Origin: Macrostomum lignano
Lineage: Eukaryota
Assembly: GCA_002269645.1 (NCBI GenBank)
Contig: NIVC01001620.1
Location: forward strand, 124,001-188,000
Direction: 5' to 3'
Length of the DNA stretch: 64,000 nucleotides
Both the position numbers and the translations under genes were made by a program. The notes under the pieces were generated by a model. The model was given only the letters and a program-made list of their open reading frames with translations, was not told the DNA's origin and did not search any database. The number at the start of each line of letters is the position of its first letter. Position 1 is the first letter of the stretch. Shown in pieces: positions 35,463 to 48,941 of the stretch.

Positions 35463-38262
35463 CAAGCTGTTGAAACCCGCGGATTTTTAACCCGGGGAAT
35501 TCTAATCCTCAGAACTATGGTATTTTTGCATGTATTCTGAAATCTGAGTACATTTGTGTAAAATTAGGATTTGAAGCAAACATTTGATATTGTTGGCTGG
35601 GATGCTGTGCAGAATGTCAGGCCAATGTCTGTTTGACAGAGAGAGAGGTATTGGTATTAAAACATGTATTGGCAAACTCTGGCCTTTGCCTCTGACTCTT
35701 CTTATGTCCTTTGTCCCTAAGACTTCTATCTTCTCTTCTGTTTCCTCTCTTCTCTCTTGTCCCTCATCTTTCCTCTCTCTTCTCATCTCTTTTCTTTTCT
35801 CGTCTTCTCTCCTTTCTCTCCTCTTCTCTTGTATCCTCCCTCATCTCTCTTCTCTTATCTCTCCTATCTCATCTTTTCTCTCTACTTTTCTTATTTCATT
35901 CATCTTATCTCTTCCTTCTCCTCTCTATTTTCTCTCTTCTCTCTTCTCTCGCGTCTGCTCTCTCATCTCTCCTTTCTCCTCTTTTATCTCTTCTCATTTC
36001 TCTTTGCTCTCTACTCTCTCTTCTCTCTCCCCTCTTCTCATTCCTCACTCTCTCCTCTATTAACACTTCCCTCTTCTCTCTTCTCTCCTGTACCCTCTTA
36101 TCTCAACTCATTCCTCGCTTTATATCTCTCCTCTCATCTCTTCTCTTCTTTTCCCTCTCCTCTCCTCTTATCTCTTCCCTTACCTCTCTTCTCTCTCGTC
36201 TTTGCTTTCTTATCTCTCCTTTCTCTCCTTTTATCTTTTCTCTCTTATCTCTTCTCATTTCTCTCTGCTCTCCCCCTCCCTCCCTCTCTTTTTCTTTCTC
36301 TCACTCTTTCTGTCTTTCTCTTTAATCTCTCCTCTCCTATCTCTCTTCTCCTTTCTACTCTCTTCCCTCTTCTCTCTCCTCACTCACGTCTCTCTCCCTT
36401 TGTCTCTCCTTGAGTCTCTCCTTGTCTCCTCCGAGAGTCTCTTGTCTGTTCATTCTCATCTCTGCTCTCTCACCCCCCTCTTTCATCTGTCATCTTTACT
36501 GTCTTATATGTTCTCTCACCTCTCTCCTCTGTACTCTTTTTTTCCTTTTTTAACCTCACTTTCCTTTTGCCTTTCTTCTTTTCTTTTCCTCTTCTATACT
36601 CTTTCCCTCTCTTGTCTCCCCTGTCTTCTCTCCCCACTTTCCTCTCTCATCTATCTTCAATCTCTCATTTCTCATTTCTTATCTTTCTTTACTCCTCTCT
36701 CATCTCTATAACCTTATCTCTTCTCTCTTCCCTTTACTCTCTCACCTCTCCCTTCACCTCTTTCCTCTATCCTCTCTTCTCTCCTGTCTCTTCTTTCCTC
36801 TTATCTGCAGCTTTCTGCTCTCATTTCTACTCTTATCTCTCTCTTCTCTACTTGCTCTTCTCTACTCTCTCCTCCCCTTTCTCTCATTGTCCTCACCCCC
36901 TCATCTCTCCTATTATCATCTATCTTTTCTCTTTATCCCCTTTCTCACTCTCTTCTCTTTTTAAATAATTGTCTTTTCTTTTTTCTACTTTCATTTGCCC
37001 TTTGGCCATGAGCTAGATTCTTTATCTGGCCTTTGAGGTAAAATTCTGCTGATCACTGCTTGGAAAGCTAGTTTGTTAGACGTAGTATTATCATGGTTGT
37101 TCTCATGCCTTGATCATGTCATTTTTCTAGCCAATTTGCGGCTCTGCGAAGAAGTTGCGTAACTTTAGCTCCACTGCAGTCTACATCAGTCTAAAGTAAC
37201 AACCAAGGAAATACATATTTCTGAAGAGGCCATTAAAATTTTAGAGTACCCTTAAGACTTAATTATTTAAAACTTAATGTTAAAACTTCAATGGTATGAT
37301 TTGTACTGCATTGCATTGCTTTTATAATCTTTTGCTTTTATAAACCATGCTGGATTGCCTTGATTTGCCAATTGCCATTTACTGCTCAATTGCTATAGAG
37401 TTTGCCAATATAGACAGAGGGCAGTGATTAGAATTTCTCACTAAACTGTTATAGATGGCTAAACATAGCCTCTCCACTGGGGTGCAGAGAAGGCTATAAA
37501 TAAAGCTATTCCAAAATACTTTACATTGCCATGTACATTCAGCCTTATTGCCTGACCCTTGGTCTGGCTCTTGGGGAATGAGTGAGTGAGTGGCACAAAC
37601 AACAGAAAAAGTAAACAAACTTCACATGCTTATAGTTTCTGTTCTAAATGAGTTACAGAGTTGAGACTTTACATTTTGATAGAGAATGAGTCAATGAAGA
37701 ATGTGTCAAGTTTGAAGTCAATCACTTTACATAGAGCAAACTTATAGCAGCCGAAAGTTAGTCAATTTTGAAACCCCTTTTACATATATAGGCTGCCCTG
37801 ATTGAGAAAGAGAGGCAGGTAGGTGGAGGTTAGGGTGGCTGTCTCACTAATAAAAAACAGCCTAACTTTAAATGTGCATAGCGCCATTCAGGATTAGGCC
37901 CTAACTTTAAGACTCAAAATTTTATATGATTATGTCAAAACAGTTGAATATTTTCTGTTAAATTTAAAGAGAATTGGTAGAAATGGAGTGGTGCTATGGA
38001 GGATTTAGTCAAAAAATAGTGCATTTTAAGTAGTTTTTTTGATTTTTTAGGTAGGAAGACTCAAATTTAGGAAATTTAAAGGTAGCTTAAGACATTTTCC
38101 ATAGGCCCTAATGAGTTTAGGGTGGGTGCAAAATTTGGTATGATTTGGTTGAGTAGTTTAGAAGTCTATAGCAATCAAAATTGTACATAGACATATACAT
38201 ATCTGTCTATGTACATATCTGTCCATATACATATACAGAGTTTTGATTTTTGTATGTATAGA
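35463..38262 (-). mobile_element. Non-autonomous Helitron-like element with a ~1.3-kb internal CT-rich tract
   Basis: Minus strand begins A|TCTATACATACAAAAATC..AAACTACTCAACCAAATCATACCAAATTTT and ends hairpin + CTTG|T (A-T insertion site); its 3' part is homologous to 7306-7620. Confidence 0.6.
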
Positions 38263-39366
38263 TGATTTAACAAATACATTTATAAATTATAAAAAATTGT
38301 AAATATTTTTTATTTATAATATTCATAATATATGACAAAGTTAGGGGCCTATAATTGTAAGTTATGGAAAAAACAGTTATCTTATCTTTAAAAAATTGAA
38401 TGCAAGTATGCAACTAGGCCTAGGGGCCTACAATAAAAAATACTAGGCCCTATATATATAGGCCTAGGCCTAGGCCTACTAAGATTATAATTAATGTATC
38501 ATAGACATAGGCGTAGGCCTATTAAGATATATTGTCATTGGCTTTAGGCCTAGGCCTATTTATATCTATGTTATAGGCCTAGAAATATAGAACCTCTATT
38601 GCTTTATAGCTCTAACTTCTGAGGTCTATTGTTTATAATTAAAAAATAGAAAAAAAACTATTTATGTCCTATGACATCACTCCTTAGTATGACTATGACC
38701 TATGAGTATGATGTATGAGTAGCCTATGACACAGGACAGAATAAGATACAGGCCTATATAAAATCATCACAATAAAATAGGCCTGTTTTACAACTTAATA
38801 AATCAAAAATTGGTGTCGTGTCTTTTAAGCAAGGTACTTTATGTATAATATTATGTAGGCCTATACCATGGAAAGACAAAAACATGCTAAGTAGAAAGTA
38901 GAAAGTAGGCCCCCTATCACTGTCCTATATCATATGTATGATGTATCATGGAAATTAAACATCAAAATTCGGAACCCGTACCAGAACAGTTTGTTTGTCA
39001 GTTTATTATATTCATAATTTACTGCTGTAGTAGGGCTGTAAAAACTTAGACCGAATGTTACCTAATTTTAGAGACCCAATTTAATTGTAGGCCTAGCAAG
39101 CAAAAAGTTGATGTTTGCTTTTTTACATTAAAAAAAAATAATTGTACCCTTCGCTGACTGAGCGAAAAGTTTATTAGACATTATAAGGTTAAATACTTAA
39201 TTTTCATGAGTACGTTTATTTGCTCTGAATGTGTTACTCAATCTAATTTAGCAGTTTATTAGCTTTTTCGTAAATATAGTTTTGTTATAACTGCTCATTT
39301 TGTAACAAAATTTAAAATTCAAAATTCATTCAAAATTGAATTCACTCAAATTTAAATGACGACTTT

Positions 39367-39626
39367 GGGCCTTTTCATATTACCAATTCCAGAACCAGAA
39401 TCGGTTCGGAATTCCAAGAAAAACAGCAGTATAACTATTAAACTCTGTTAATATTTGACTGCCTTAACAGCCTCACTTTGCACGATTTTTCACTTTCTTC
39501 TTGGCGATTGTCATTCAATAATAAAAACTTTATAGCACGTATCTCCCTCTAGTTATGGAGACAAAAAGTTATACCTCACAAATTGGTTCTGGTTCTGGAA
39601 CCAGAACAAGCAATATGAAAAGGCCC
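39367..39626. mobile_element. MITE, PIF/Harbinger-like termini
   Basis: TIR GGGCCTTTTCATATTAC / GCAATATGAAAAGGCCC (16/17), inner inverted TCCAGAACCAGAA, TTT on both flanks. Confidence 0.7.
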
Positions 39627-42029
39627 TTTTACTCATTTCTCGAGCTAGCTTGCCTTCAAGCCATTTCGCTTCACTTGCCTCATATTCGTAAGACAAAACA
39701 AAAAATTGCTTATCTATTTTTATTTAAATTCAATTTTGATTGAATTTTGATTCGCACAAGTGCCATTTAATTTCACAGTTCTTTACATGGACAAAAAAGC
39801 GGGTTTATTATATTTTAATGGCAATTTCTAGGCCTACGCCTTAATTTAAATTGTTTCATGACCTTACTAGGCCCTATTTAAAAAGACGATAACCAAGTCT
39901 TGGTGATTAAGTAGAAACAGAAACAGAACATGCTACATCACATGTTTAATTTCAAAGCACTCAAACTGCTCTCCAGTTAATAAAATTACTTTGTCGCATT
40001 AATTAATGAAACAGTGCAAATAAATAAATAAGTAAAAAATGTAAGCAATGCCCATGGTAAGAAGAAAGTATATGAATACCTGATCTTGATGGATGGAATA
40101 AAATTGGCCTTTATAGTGCCATCTTAATTGATTCCAATTTATCCATGTAGAATTGCATAGCCATGGTTTGAATTGTCCAAGGAAAGGCAATTTCTTCTAG
40201 GCCTACTAGATGCAGCCATAGGGCTAAAACCTCATTGCATCTAAAAATACCACACAATTATAGGCCTAATTCTATTGATATAAGTTTTATTACAAAATTA
40301 GGCCATATTAATTTTCACACATAACAATAACAAAAACTTATTATATGTAGGCCCTAGTCTTAGCCTACTCGCAAAAATGCAAAGGGCCTTTTATAAGCCT
40401 AATATTGTTATTTTTAAGTGTATTAGACCTATTCTAATGGTTAAAAAGCATCTAAAAATGTAGTTCAATCAATATGTAAATGTAAAATAGGTCTAATAAC
40501 TAACCAATGAAAGGTGGCTCATATCTTTATTATTTGTAGTACCAATTAATAAAGTTCTATGTCTTCTAAGTTGCATAAAAAGTATAGCTACCTATTCTTG
40601 CATGCAATAATTTTAAAATTTCTATGATAGATTCTTGCAAAGCTAAACTTTTATAATAAGTAATAGCAAATTTCATAGCAAAATAAAAATGAGTCTGCTT
40701 AGCAAATATCAAAATGCTTATTTATCATTTTTTCTATCATTAAAAGCTTAGTCTTAGCTACCTTTGCAATGAGCCACTATTTTTTTCATCTTGTTAAGAG
40801 ACTTAAATTTAGCTGCCAACTTTTATTGATCTTAAAATATGAAAATATCAATGATATAATTGGCTCATTCCATATAAGCATGATCGTAACATGACAGGCT
40901 ATTTTTACTTATAAAATGAAATATAATAATAGATTATACTAAACCAATATTTTAAATGAAAGATTTTTTTGTCTAGAATATATTTATAGAGTTTCATATA
41001 TATATTATCATTAGTATAGATGCTATTAAACCTTAAATGACACTTATGGTCATAACGACAGGATTTTTGACATATAGAAACTAAAAGGTAAAAGTCTTAT
41101 AACATTTGAGACAGGCATTAATAATAGCTCTTATTCTTTTAAATTTTACTCGTTTTATGTTTGCCTTTCTTAGAAAAACCTTTATTCAAATCTGTGCGAA
41201 ATATTTGTTTGAATGTTGTGGTTTGCAAAAATATTTCTGCAATTATTATTTTGTTTAAACTATAACGAATTTTGGGTATAAATAGACACGCTGAGCAGAC
41301 TTGAGGAAGCAACTGTTTGCTGCCTCTCGGTTTTCGATAAGCAAATTTAGTCCATATACTAAAAATGGTCTGTCGGTATGTGTGTGTGTGTATGTGTGTG
41401 TGTGTGATCGATTTTAGCAAAAACGGCTCAACCGATTTTCTTCGAACTTGCACTGTTCGATCAGAAATTTTCCCGTGACAGTACATGCATCGTGGCTAAG
41501 AAATTGCTTGATGCTAAAGGGATTAAATATTCGAAAAACATGCTTTTTTGCAAAGGTCAAGCAGCTCTTTCGACTTGAAATGCATCGTAAGAATGCTAGC
41601 AGAAAAACTGACTGGTTGAATTCTGATTCTGAAATAGATTGCATCACAATACACTTTATTTATCGTCTGTGTACTGGCTGAATTTGACACTCAATTGAAT
41701 TGCGTCACAGCTTTGAGTGTGAAAGCATAGCGCAGTACTGAATTTATATTACGTAACCATATTGTAAACTTTCATAGACACTGGTACTGACTTGCCTAAG
41801 AAATTGATTATGTCATAACTGCTTCGTGAGACTTTTTACTCTACCTGACTTGGTGTGAGTGTTGAATTATATAAGTGGTACAACATCACTGATAACTTCG
41901 ATGAGAGCTAGCCTAGAGCTGAACAGACCAGACTGCTAATGCAGCGACCTAGGTTCGAATCTAAGTAGTTTAAAAGTAGTAGTGTAATTTTTTTTATTAA
42001 AAGGTTTTATTAAAGGACTAAATAAAAAC

Positions 42030-44490
42030 ACTTAGATTACTGCACTCGATAAGCCAAGGATTATTGCTATTAATAAACCAAGGACTACTGCACTCGATAA
42101 ACCAAGGACTATTGCTCTTGGCAAACCAAGGATTACTGCACTCAAGAAGCCAAGGATTATTGCTATTAATAAACCAAGGATTACTGCACTTGGAAAACCA
42201 AGGATTACTGCACTCGATAAACCAAGGACTATTGCTCTTGGCAAACCAAGGATTACTGCACTCAGGAAGCCAAGGATTATTGCACTTGGAAAACCAAGGA
42301 TTACTGCACTCGATAAACCAAGGACTATTGCTCTTGGCAAACCAAGGATTACTGCACTCAAGAAGCCAAGGATTATTGCTATTAATAAACCAAGGATTAC
42401 TGCACTTGGAAAACCAAGGATTACTGCACTCGATAAACCAAGGACTATTGCTCTTGGCAAACCAAGGATTACTGCACTCAAGAAGCCAAGGATTATTGCA
42501 CTTGGAAAACCAAGGATTACTGCACTCGATAAACCAAGGACTATTGCACTTGATAAACCAAGGAATATTGCACTTGATAGGCCAAGGATTACTGCACTTG
42601 ATAAACCAAGGATTATTGCACTTGATAGGCCAAAGATTACTGCGCTTGATAAACCAAGGATTATTGCACTTGATAAACCAAGGATTATTGCACTTGATAA
42701 GCCAAGGATTACTGCGCTTGATAAACAAAGGATTATTGCACTTGATAAACAAAGGATTATTGCACTTGATAAACAAAGGATTATTGCACTTGATAAACAA
42801 AGGATTATTGCACTTGATAAACCAAGGATTATTGCACTTGATAAGCCAAGGATTATTGCACTTGATAAGCCATGGATTATTGCACTTGATAAGCCATGGA
42901 TTATTGCACTTGATAGTAAAGAATGTTGCACTTGATAAGCCAAGGATTAATGCACTGGATTATTCAAGGATTATTGATATTAATAAACCAAGGACTACTC
43001 CACTCGATAAACCAAGGATTATTGCTCTTAATAAACCAAGGATTACTGCACTTGGAAAACTAAGGATTACTGCACTCGATAAACCAAAGACTATTGCACT
43101 TGATAAACCAAGGATTATTGCACTTGATAGGCCAAGGATTACTGCACTTGATAAACCAAGGATTATTGCACTTGATAGGCCAAAAATTACTGCGCTTGAT
43201 AAACCAAGGATTATTGCACTTGATAAACCAAGGATTATTGCACTTGATAAACCAAGGATTATTGCACTTGATAAACCAATGATTATTGCAGTTGATAAGC
43301 CAAGGATTATTGCATCTGATAAACCAAAGATTATTGCACTTGATAAACCAAGGATTATTGCACTTGATAAACAAAGGATTATTGCACTTGATAGGCCAAA
43401 GATTACTGCGCTTGATAAACCAAGGATTATTGCACTTGATAAACCAAGGATTATTGCACTTGATAAACCAAGGATTATTGCACTTGATAAACCAATGATT
43501 ATTGCAGTTGATAAGCCAAGGATTATTGCATCTGATAAACCAAGGATTATTGCACTTGATAAACCAAGGATTATTGCTCTTGGCAAACCAAGGATTACTG
43601 CACTCGATAAGCCAAGGATTATTGCTCTTAATAAACCAAGGATTACTGCACTTGGAAAACTAAGGATTACTGCACTCGATAAACTAAGGATTATTGCTCT
43701 TGGCAAACCAAGGATTATTGCACTTGATAGGCCAAGGATTACTGCACTTGATAAACCAAGGATTATTGCACTTGATAAACCAAGGATTATTGCACTTGAT
43801 AAGCCAAGGATTATTGCACTTGATAGGCCAAGGATTACTGCGCTTGATAAACCAAGGATTATTGCACTTGATAAACCAAGGATTATTGCAGTTGATAAGC
43901 CAAGGATTATTGCACTTGATAAACCAAGGATTATTACACTTGATAAACCAAGGATTATTGCACTTGATAAACCAAGGATTATTGCACTTGATAGGCCAAG
44001 GATTACTGCACTTGATAAACCAAGGATTATTGCACTTGATAGGCCAAAGATTACTGCGCTTGATAAACCAAGGATTATTGCAGTTGATAAGCCAAGGATT
44101 ATTGCACTTGATAAACCAAGGATTATTTCACTTGATAAACCAAGGATTATTGCACTTGATAAACAAATATTGCACTTGATAAACCAAGGATTATTGCACC
44201 TGATAAGCCAAGGATTACTGCGCTAGATAAACCAAGGATTATTGCACTTAATAAATCAAGGATTATTGCACTTAATAAACCAAGGATTATTGCACTTGAT
44301 AAACCAAGGATTATTGCACTTGATAAACAAAGGAATATTGCACTTGATAAACCAAGGATTATTGCACTTTATAAGCCAAAGATTACTGCACTTGATAAAC
44401 CAAGGATTATTGCACTTGATAAACCAAGGATTATTGCACTTGATTAATCAAGGATTATTGCTATTAATAAACCAAGGATTATTGCACTAG
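42030..44490. repeat. 24-bp tandem array (CCAAGGATTATTGCACTTGATAAA), ~100 copies; 72-bp higher-order unit at the left end
   Basis: Direct inspection. Confidence 0.96.
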
Positions 44491-44624
44491 CTGAGAAGCT
44501 GATTACTGCCCTGTCTAAAAAAGAGATTATTGCGCTCGCTGAGACGTGGATTGTTGCACAACCTGAGAAAGCGATTATTGCATTAGCGGAAGTAACATTT
44601 GCACTAGCTACTTGCTGTCTCGTG

Positions 44625-45000
44625 GATGCTTGCTCTCGAGGGGGATACTTGCTATTTGGGAGAGGGGGTACTGGCTACATGCATGGGATTCTTTCTATCC
44701 AGGGATGCTTGCTATTCAGGGATTCTTGCTATCTGCAGGATGCTTGCTATTTAGGGATTCTTGCTATCTGCAGGATGCTTGCTATCTGGGTGGATGCTTC
44801 TATAATATCTGGGGGGTGCTTGCTATCTGCAGAATGCTTCTATAATATCTGGGGGTGCTTGCTATCTGCAGAATGCTTGCTATCTGGGTGGATGCTTCTA
44901 TAATATCTGGGGGGTGCTTGCTAATCTGCAGATGCTTGCTATCTGTGGTGATTCTTGCTATGAGCATTAGAGGATGCTTGCTATCTGCGATTGTTCACTT
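44625..45000. repeat. Degenerate GGATGCTTGCTATCT-type tandem array
   Basis: Direct inspection. Confidence 0.75.
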
Positions 45001-45354
45001 TTGGAGGGGGTTGCTTGCTGTCTTGGGAATATTTTCTATTTAGGGAAACGATATTTTGTTGACTGTTTGTTAATTTTAGAGAAAAAGTGATTTTTTAATT
45101 TTGCAAACATCTTAGTCCGTGACAATTTTACACAAATAAGGTGATTTTTAAAATGTGAAGAAGGAATTAGTGTTTAAGAAAATGTGTTTTTTTATTGTTT
45201 TCCATGAACTATTTTTGCTCCTTTCTTATTGGGCGCCCCGAAGGGGGGCCGCACTAGATTGCTAGTTCGTTCTAAATATTGAAATTGCTTAAAGGCTTAA
45301 TCATTTCTTAGAGTATAAGAACCCCAATTGGGAGTATCAAAAACCGCTACAAGC

Positions 45355-45550
45355 GAGAAACCGCCTCAGGGCAGTAAATTGTAAATTCGCCTCAGGTCAG
45401 GAGAACCGCCTCATAACGAGAGAAGATTGCCTCAGGGCAGTAATAGTAAATTCGCCTCAGGGCAGGAGAACCGCCTCAGAGCAAGGGAAAGATCGCCTCA
45501 GGGCAGGAGAACCGCCTCAGAGTGAGGGAAAGATCGCCTCAGGGCAGAGA
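45355..45550. repeat. Degenerate CCGCCTCAGGGCAG tandem repeat
   Basis: Direct inspection. Confidence 0.75.
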
Positions 45551-46509
45551 AAGAGCATAAGCTGTGACCCTCTGATCCAGGGAACACCCAGGACTGAGAG
45601 AATAATATTAGGGGGAAGCATAGGAATAGAATAGACAGTGCTATTAGACCGCTCAGGCCAGAAAGTACAATAGAAGTACATACGCTACCAATAGAAGTAC
45701 ATGCGCTACCAGTAGAATTACAATTAACAACCAGTAGAATTGTTAAGAAGAAATAGCTTTGTAACAACTTTGGTGGCAGCAAGTAAGGCTAGACAAAGGA
45801 TTAAATAAGAGCCCTATGACACATTTTTCATTTTGGATATTTTGCAATACATTTTTAAAATTTGACTAAGAACATCTTTAGAAATCATACTCTTTTATTA
45901 GAATATATAAACTCAAAAGGCAACAAAGATACAAAAGAAAAGGCAGCCTTATGGTCGTAACATTACGGTTGTAACATATTTTTTTCTGTCAATTCAGTAA
46001 CTTCAAGGTACTGATATATTAAAAATATAATAGATTATTTGGTCACCAATGCTTTTATCTAATGATGCAAGTACTATACTTTTATCTATAGACTTTTGTT
46101 TCAACCTTCAAAAGCTTTCTATTTGTTTTTAAAAGGTACAAAATCTTAATGATGTCTTTTGCTTCGAAAAATGTCAAAATTTTTACAAAAATGACTTTTT
46201 GCCAATTGATAACATACTAATCCAACATTTTACCATTCATTTATTCTTAGATTGTATATATTGCACATAAAAAACATTTGGTAAAAAAATAGGCTAATAA
46301 GGCAATGGCAAGCAAAAATAAATTGACTTTTTTCTATTTTCCAAATATGTCTATCTTATATGGAATGAGCCAATTACATTTGAAAATGAGCTTTTTATTG
46401 TTTTGCTAAACACATTTTTTATAATTAGAAATAATTTAATCCAATTTTAGCAATTAGTTAGTGTGTGGTTTGTTGTTTTCATGGCTATAATAAATATATA
46501 AAATCTACA

Positions 46510-46690
46510 TATACATGTGCAACCTTGGGAATCACTTGGCCATTTCTATTGGCAACACACACATGTAAGTCGCTATTGGCTGAGAGTAGTCACGTGACTA
46601 CTATTCCATCCAATAGCAACTTACATGTTACATGTGTGTGTTGCCAATAGAGGTGGTCGGGTGAGTCCCTAGGTTGTGCCTAAGCATGAA
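46510..46690. mobile_element. Small palindromic MITE-like repeat centred on TAGTCACGTGACTA; inverted copy at ~51718-51868, fragment at ~51360-51430
   Basis: Termini CATGTGCAACCT / AGGTTG(T)GC; internal ACATGTAAGT..CTATTGG inverted pair; the second copy aligns as the reverse complement. Confidence 0.7.
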
Positions 46691-46859
46691 TCTACATCAT
46701 TAATTGTTATAAGTTCAAATAAATACAACTCTTATTAAAAATATAGAAAACATTTATTTATTATTCCTTTGTAATATACTGATACCAAATAAATTTTGGG
46801 AGATTGGGTAGAGGCAAGGTAGGTAGATCAAAAAGTAGAGTAGCTGAATTAAGAGCAAG

Positions 46860-47100
46860 GGTTAAAGGGTAGAGGCAAGGTAGCTAGCTAGGTTGGGAAC
46901 AAGATAGCTAAGTTAGAGAGGAGGGCAAGTAAGTTAAAAATAGCTAGGTTAGGGACAAGGCAGCTAGGTTAAAAGTTAAAGCAGCTAATTTGAGGGCAAG
47001 GCAGCTAGCTAGGTTGGGGAGAAAGGCTAGGCAGCCTTGTTGGAGGGCAAGGCAGCTAGTTAGGGGATAAGCAACTAGGTTAGAGAAGGCAAAAAACTAG
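46860..47100 (+). repeat. 241-bp direct repeat, copy 1 (copy 2 at 49230-49470)
   Basis: GGTTAAAGGGTAGAGGCAAGG...GGCAAAAAACTAG; I saw only one mismatch (GAAGGC vs GACGGC). Confidence 0.93.
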
Positions 47101-47209
47101 TGAATGAAGATGCTGTCGTCTTCAAAGGTAGGACGATGGTTTATTAATGTTTGTAACTTTTATGGCTATGACAGCTATTTATTTAACCCAAATTAAGAAC
47201 TAAAAAGCC

Positions 47210-47915
47210 CCCCACACCCCTGGCATTAGTTAGTCTAGTGGTATAGTGGGGGGGGGGCTGGCCGCCCCCCACGCCCCTGGCATTATTTAGTCTAGTGGTA
47301 TAGTGGGGGGCTGGCCGCCCCCACGCCCCTGGCATTAGTTAGTCTAGTGGTATAGTGGGGGGCTGGCCGCCCACCATGCCCCTGGCATTAGTTAGTCTAG
47401 TAGTATAGTCTAGTGGTATAAAAATTCTTATACTATTTTTATACTTTTGCGAAATCGTCCCTGATAAGATGTGCAACAGATGTGACACACTAAAAATGAT
47501 GTTTTTCAACTTTTAAACGCTGCCAATAAAAAACGGTACGACCAATTTACAAAAGTTTATATATTGCCTTATTATCTTTTGTGGCTTAATTTAAATTAAC
47601 AAAAAAGATATGTTGCTAACTGATAGAATAGTGATTAGATCCATGAGTAGATCTGCTGCTAATTGATAGAATAGTGATTAGATCCATGAGTAGATCTGCT
47701 GCTAATTGATAGAAGTGTGATTAGATCCATGAGTAGATCTGTTGCTAATTAATAGAAGGGTGATTAGATCCATGAGTAGATCTATTGCTAATTAATAGAA
47801 GCTAACTGATGGAAGCGATGCGTGATTAGATCCATGAGTAGATCTGTTGCTAACTGATAGATAGGTGGTTACATCCATGAGTAGATCTGTTGCTAATTAA
47901 TAGAAGCATCATTAG
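47210..47915. repeat. Two ~43-bp tandem arrays inside the insert (CCCCTGGCATTAGTTAGTCTAGTGGTATAGTGGGG.. at 47210-47410; GATTAGATCCATGAGTAGATCT.. at 47620-47915)
   Basis: Direct inspection. Confidence 0.85.
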
Positions 47916-48504
47916 ATGCCAGATGAATTTAGCAAGGACGATAAATATTACGCTTATCTTTACACCAACATGGTAAATGTGTATAGGTAACTGTGTTAAA
48001 AAATTACTTAAAATTAAAAGCAATATTGTGAAAAATTACTTGTCATTATCTAAAAGTTGGACTAAATATAATGCTAGATAGTGGTTGCTTAAAAACGTTT
48101 TAATTGAAGTAAATCATTGTTCAATACAAAATTTTTAAATACAAACAGAACAATAGAGCTTAAGGGGCATATCTCTCCTGTCTGCGCTCTCATATCTACT
48201 CTCTTCTTTCTCCTCACTACTTTTTCCTCTCTCTTCTCTTTTATCTCTTCTCTCTCCTCTCCTTTATCTCCTCTCTGCTCTGTCATCTCTCTACTTTCTA
48301 CCCTCTCCTCTCTCCCTTATCCTCTCGCTTCTCTCTCCTCTCCCTCTTCTCATCTCTACTCATTTATCTCTTCTCTCTCGTCTTTTTGGCTCTACTCCCT
48401 CCTGTCTCCTTTTCTCTTTTCTCTATTCCCTTTCATTTAGCCATTAGTAAAACACAAAACTAACATACGCAGTCAAAATGCAGTCAAATGCACAACGCAA
48501 ACTG

Positions 48505-48941
48505 TCATCCCTGCTTCTCCTGCTGCTGTTGCGGCTGCTCTTGTTGCATTGTCTGCTGCTCCTGTTGCGATGGTTGCTTTCTCTGCTGCTTCTTTTTATT
48601 CCAGCAGTTACGGGCAATGTGCCCTATTTTCTTACAGACGAAGCATCTCTCTACAATATAGAAATTATTGTAAGTGTTTTTGCCATTTATATACATACAT
48701 GTATGTATATACACATTTATACTAATTCAGACTTACTTTGCACTGAACCCTTCCTGCCTCCTCCTCCACCATCTCCTCCTCCTCCACCATCTCCTCCGCC
48801 GCCATCTTCTCCTCCGCCTTGCCCGCCTCCGCCTCGCCCGCCTCCGCTTCCGCCTCCGCCTCGCCCGCCTCCGCCTCTGCCTTGCTCCGCCTCGCCCGCC
48901 ACCGCCTCGCCCGCCTTCGCCTCGCCCGCCTCCCTGTTCAT
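48505..48941 (-). CDS. Two-exon minigene (48941-48737, 48650-48505): Gly/RGG-rich + CCHC zinc knuckle + Gln-rich tail, 116 aa if it starts at ATG 48941
   Basis: Donor CAAA|GTAAGT and acceptor ATTGTAG|AG are both phase 1; the spliced product reads ..RKGSVQKRCFVCKKIGHIARNCWNKKK..; a further upstream exon (acceptor GAACAG at 48934) is possible. Confidence 0.62.

Larger units (their letters stand above)
41351..45265 (+). mobile_element. Putative non-autonomous Helitron-like element carrying tandem arrays
   Basis: 5' TCCATATACTAAAAATGGTCTGTC-(GT)n-..AACGGCTCAACCGATTTT; 3' hairpin GCGCCCCGAAGGGGGGCCGC + CTAG|T at 45262-45266. That both ends belong to one element is an inference. Confidence 0.5.

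Noticed and set aside
35502-36968. Leu/Ser/Phe-rich ORFs
   Set aside because: CT-rich low-complexity tract; same for 7462-7956 and 48117-48440.
41903-41965. tRNA-like stretch (GACTGCTAAT..GGTTCGAATC)
   Set aside because: Has an anticodon-loop-like segment and a B-box but no acceptor stem or full cloverleaf; at most a SINE-like relic, not called a tRNA. The GGTTCGATTTC at ~54555 was rejected likewise.
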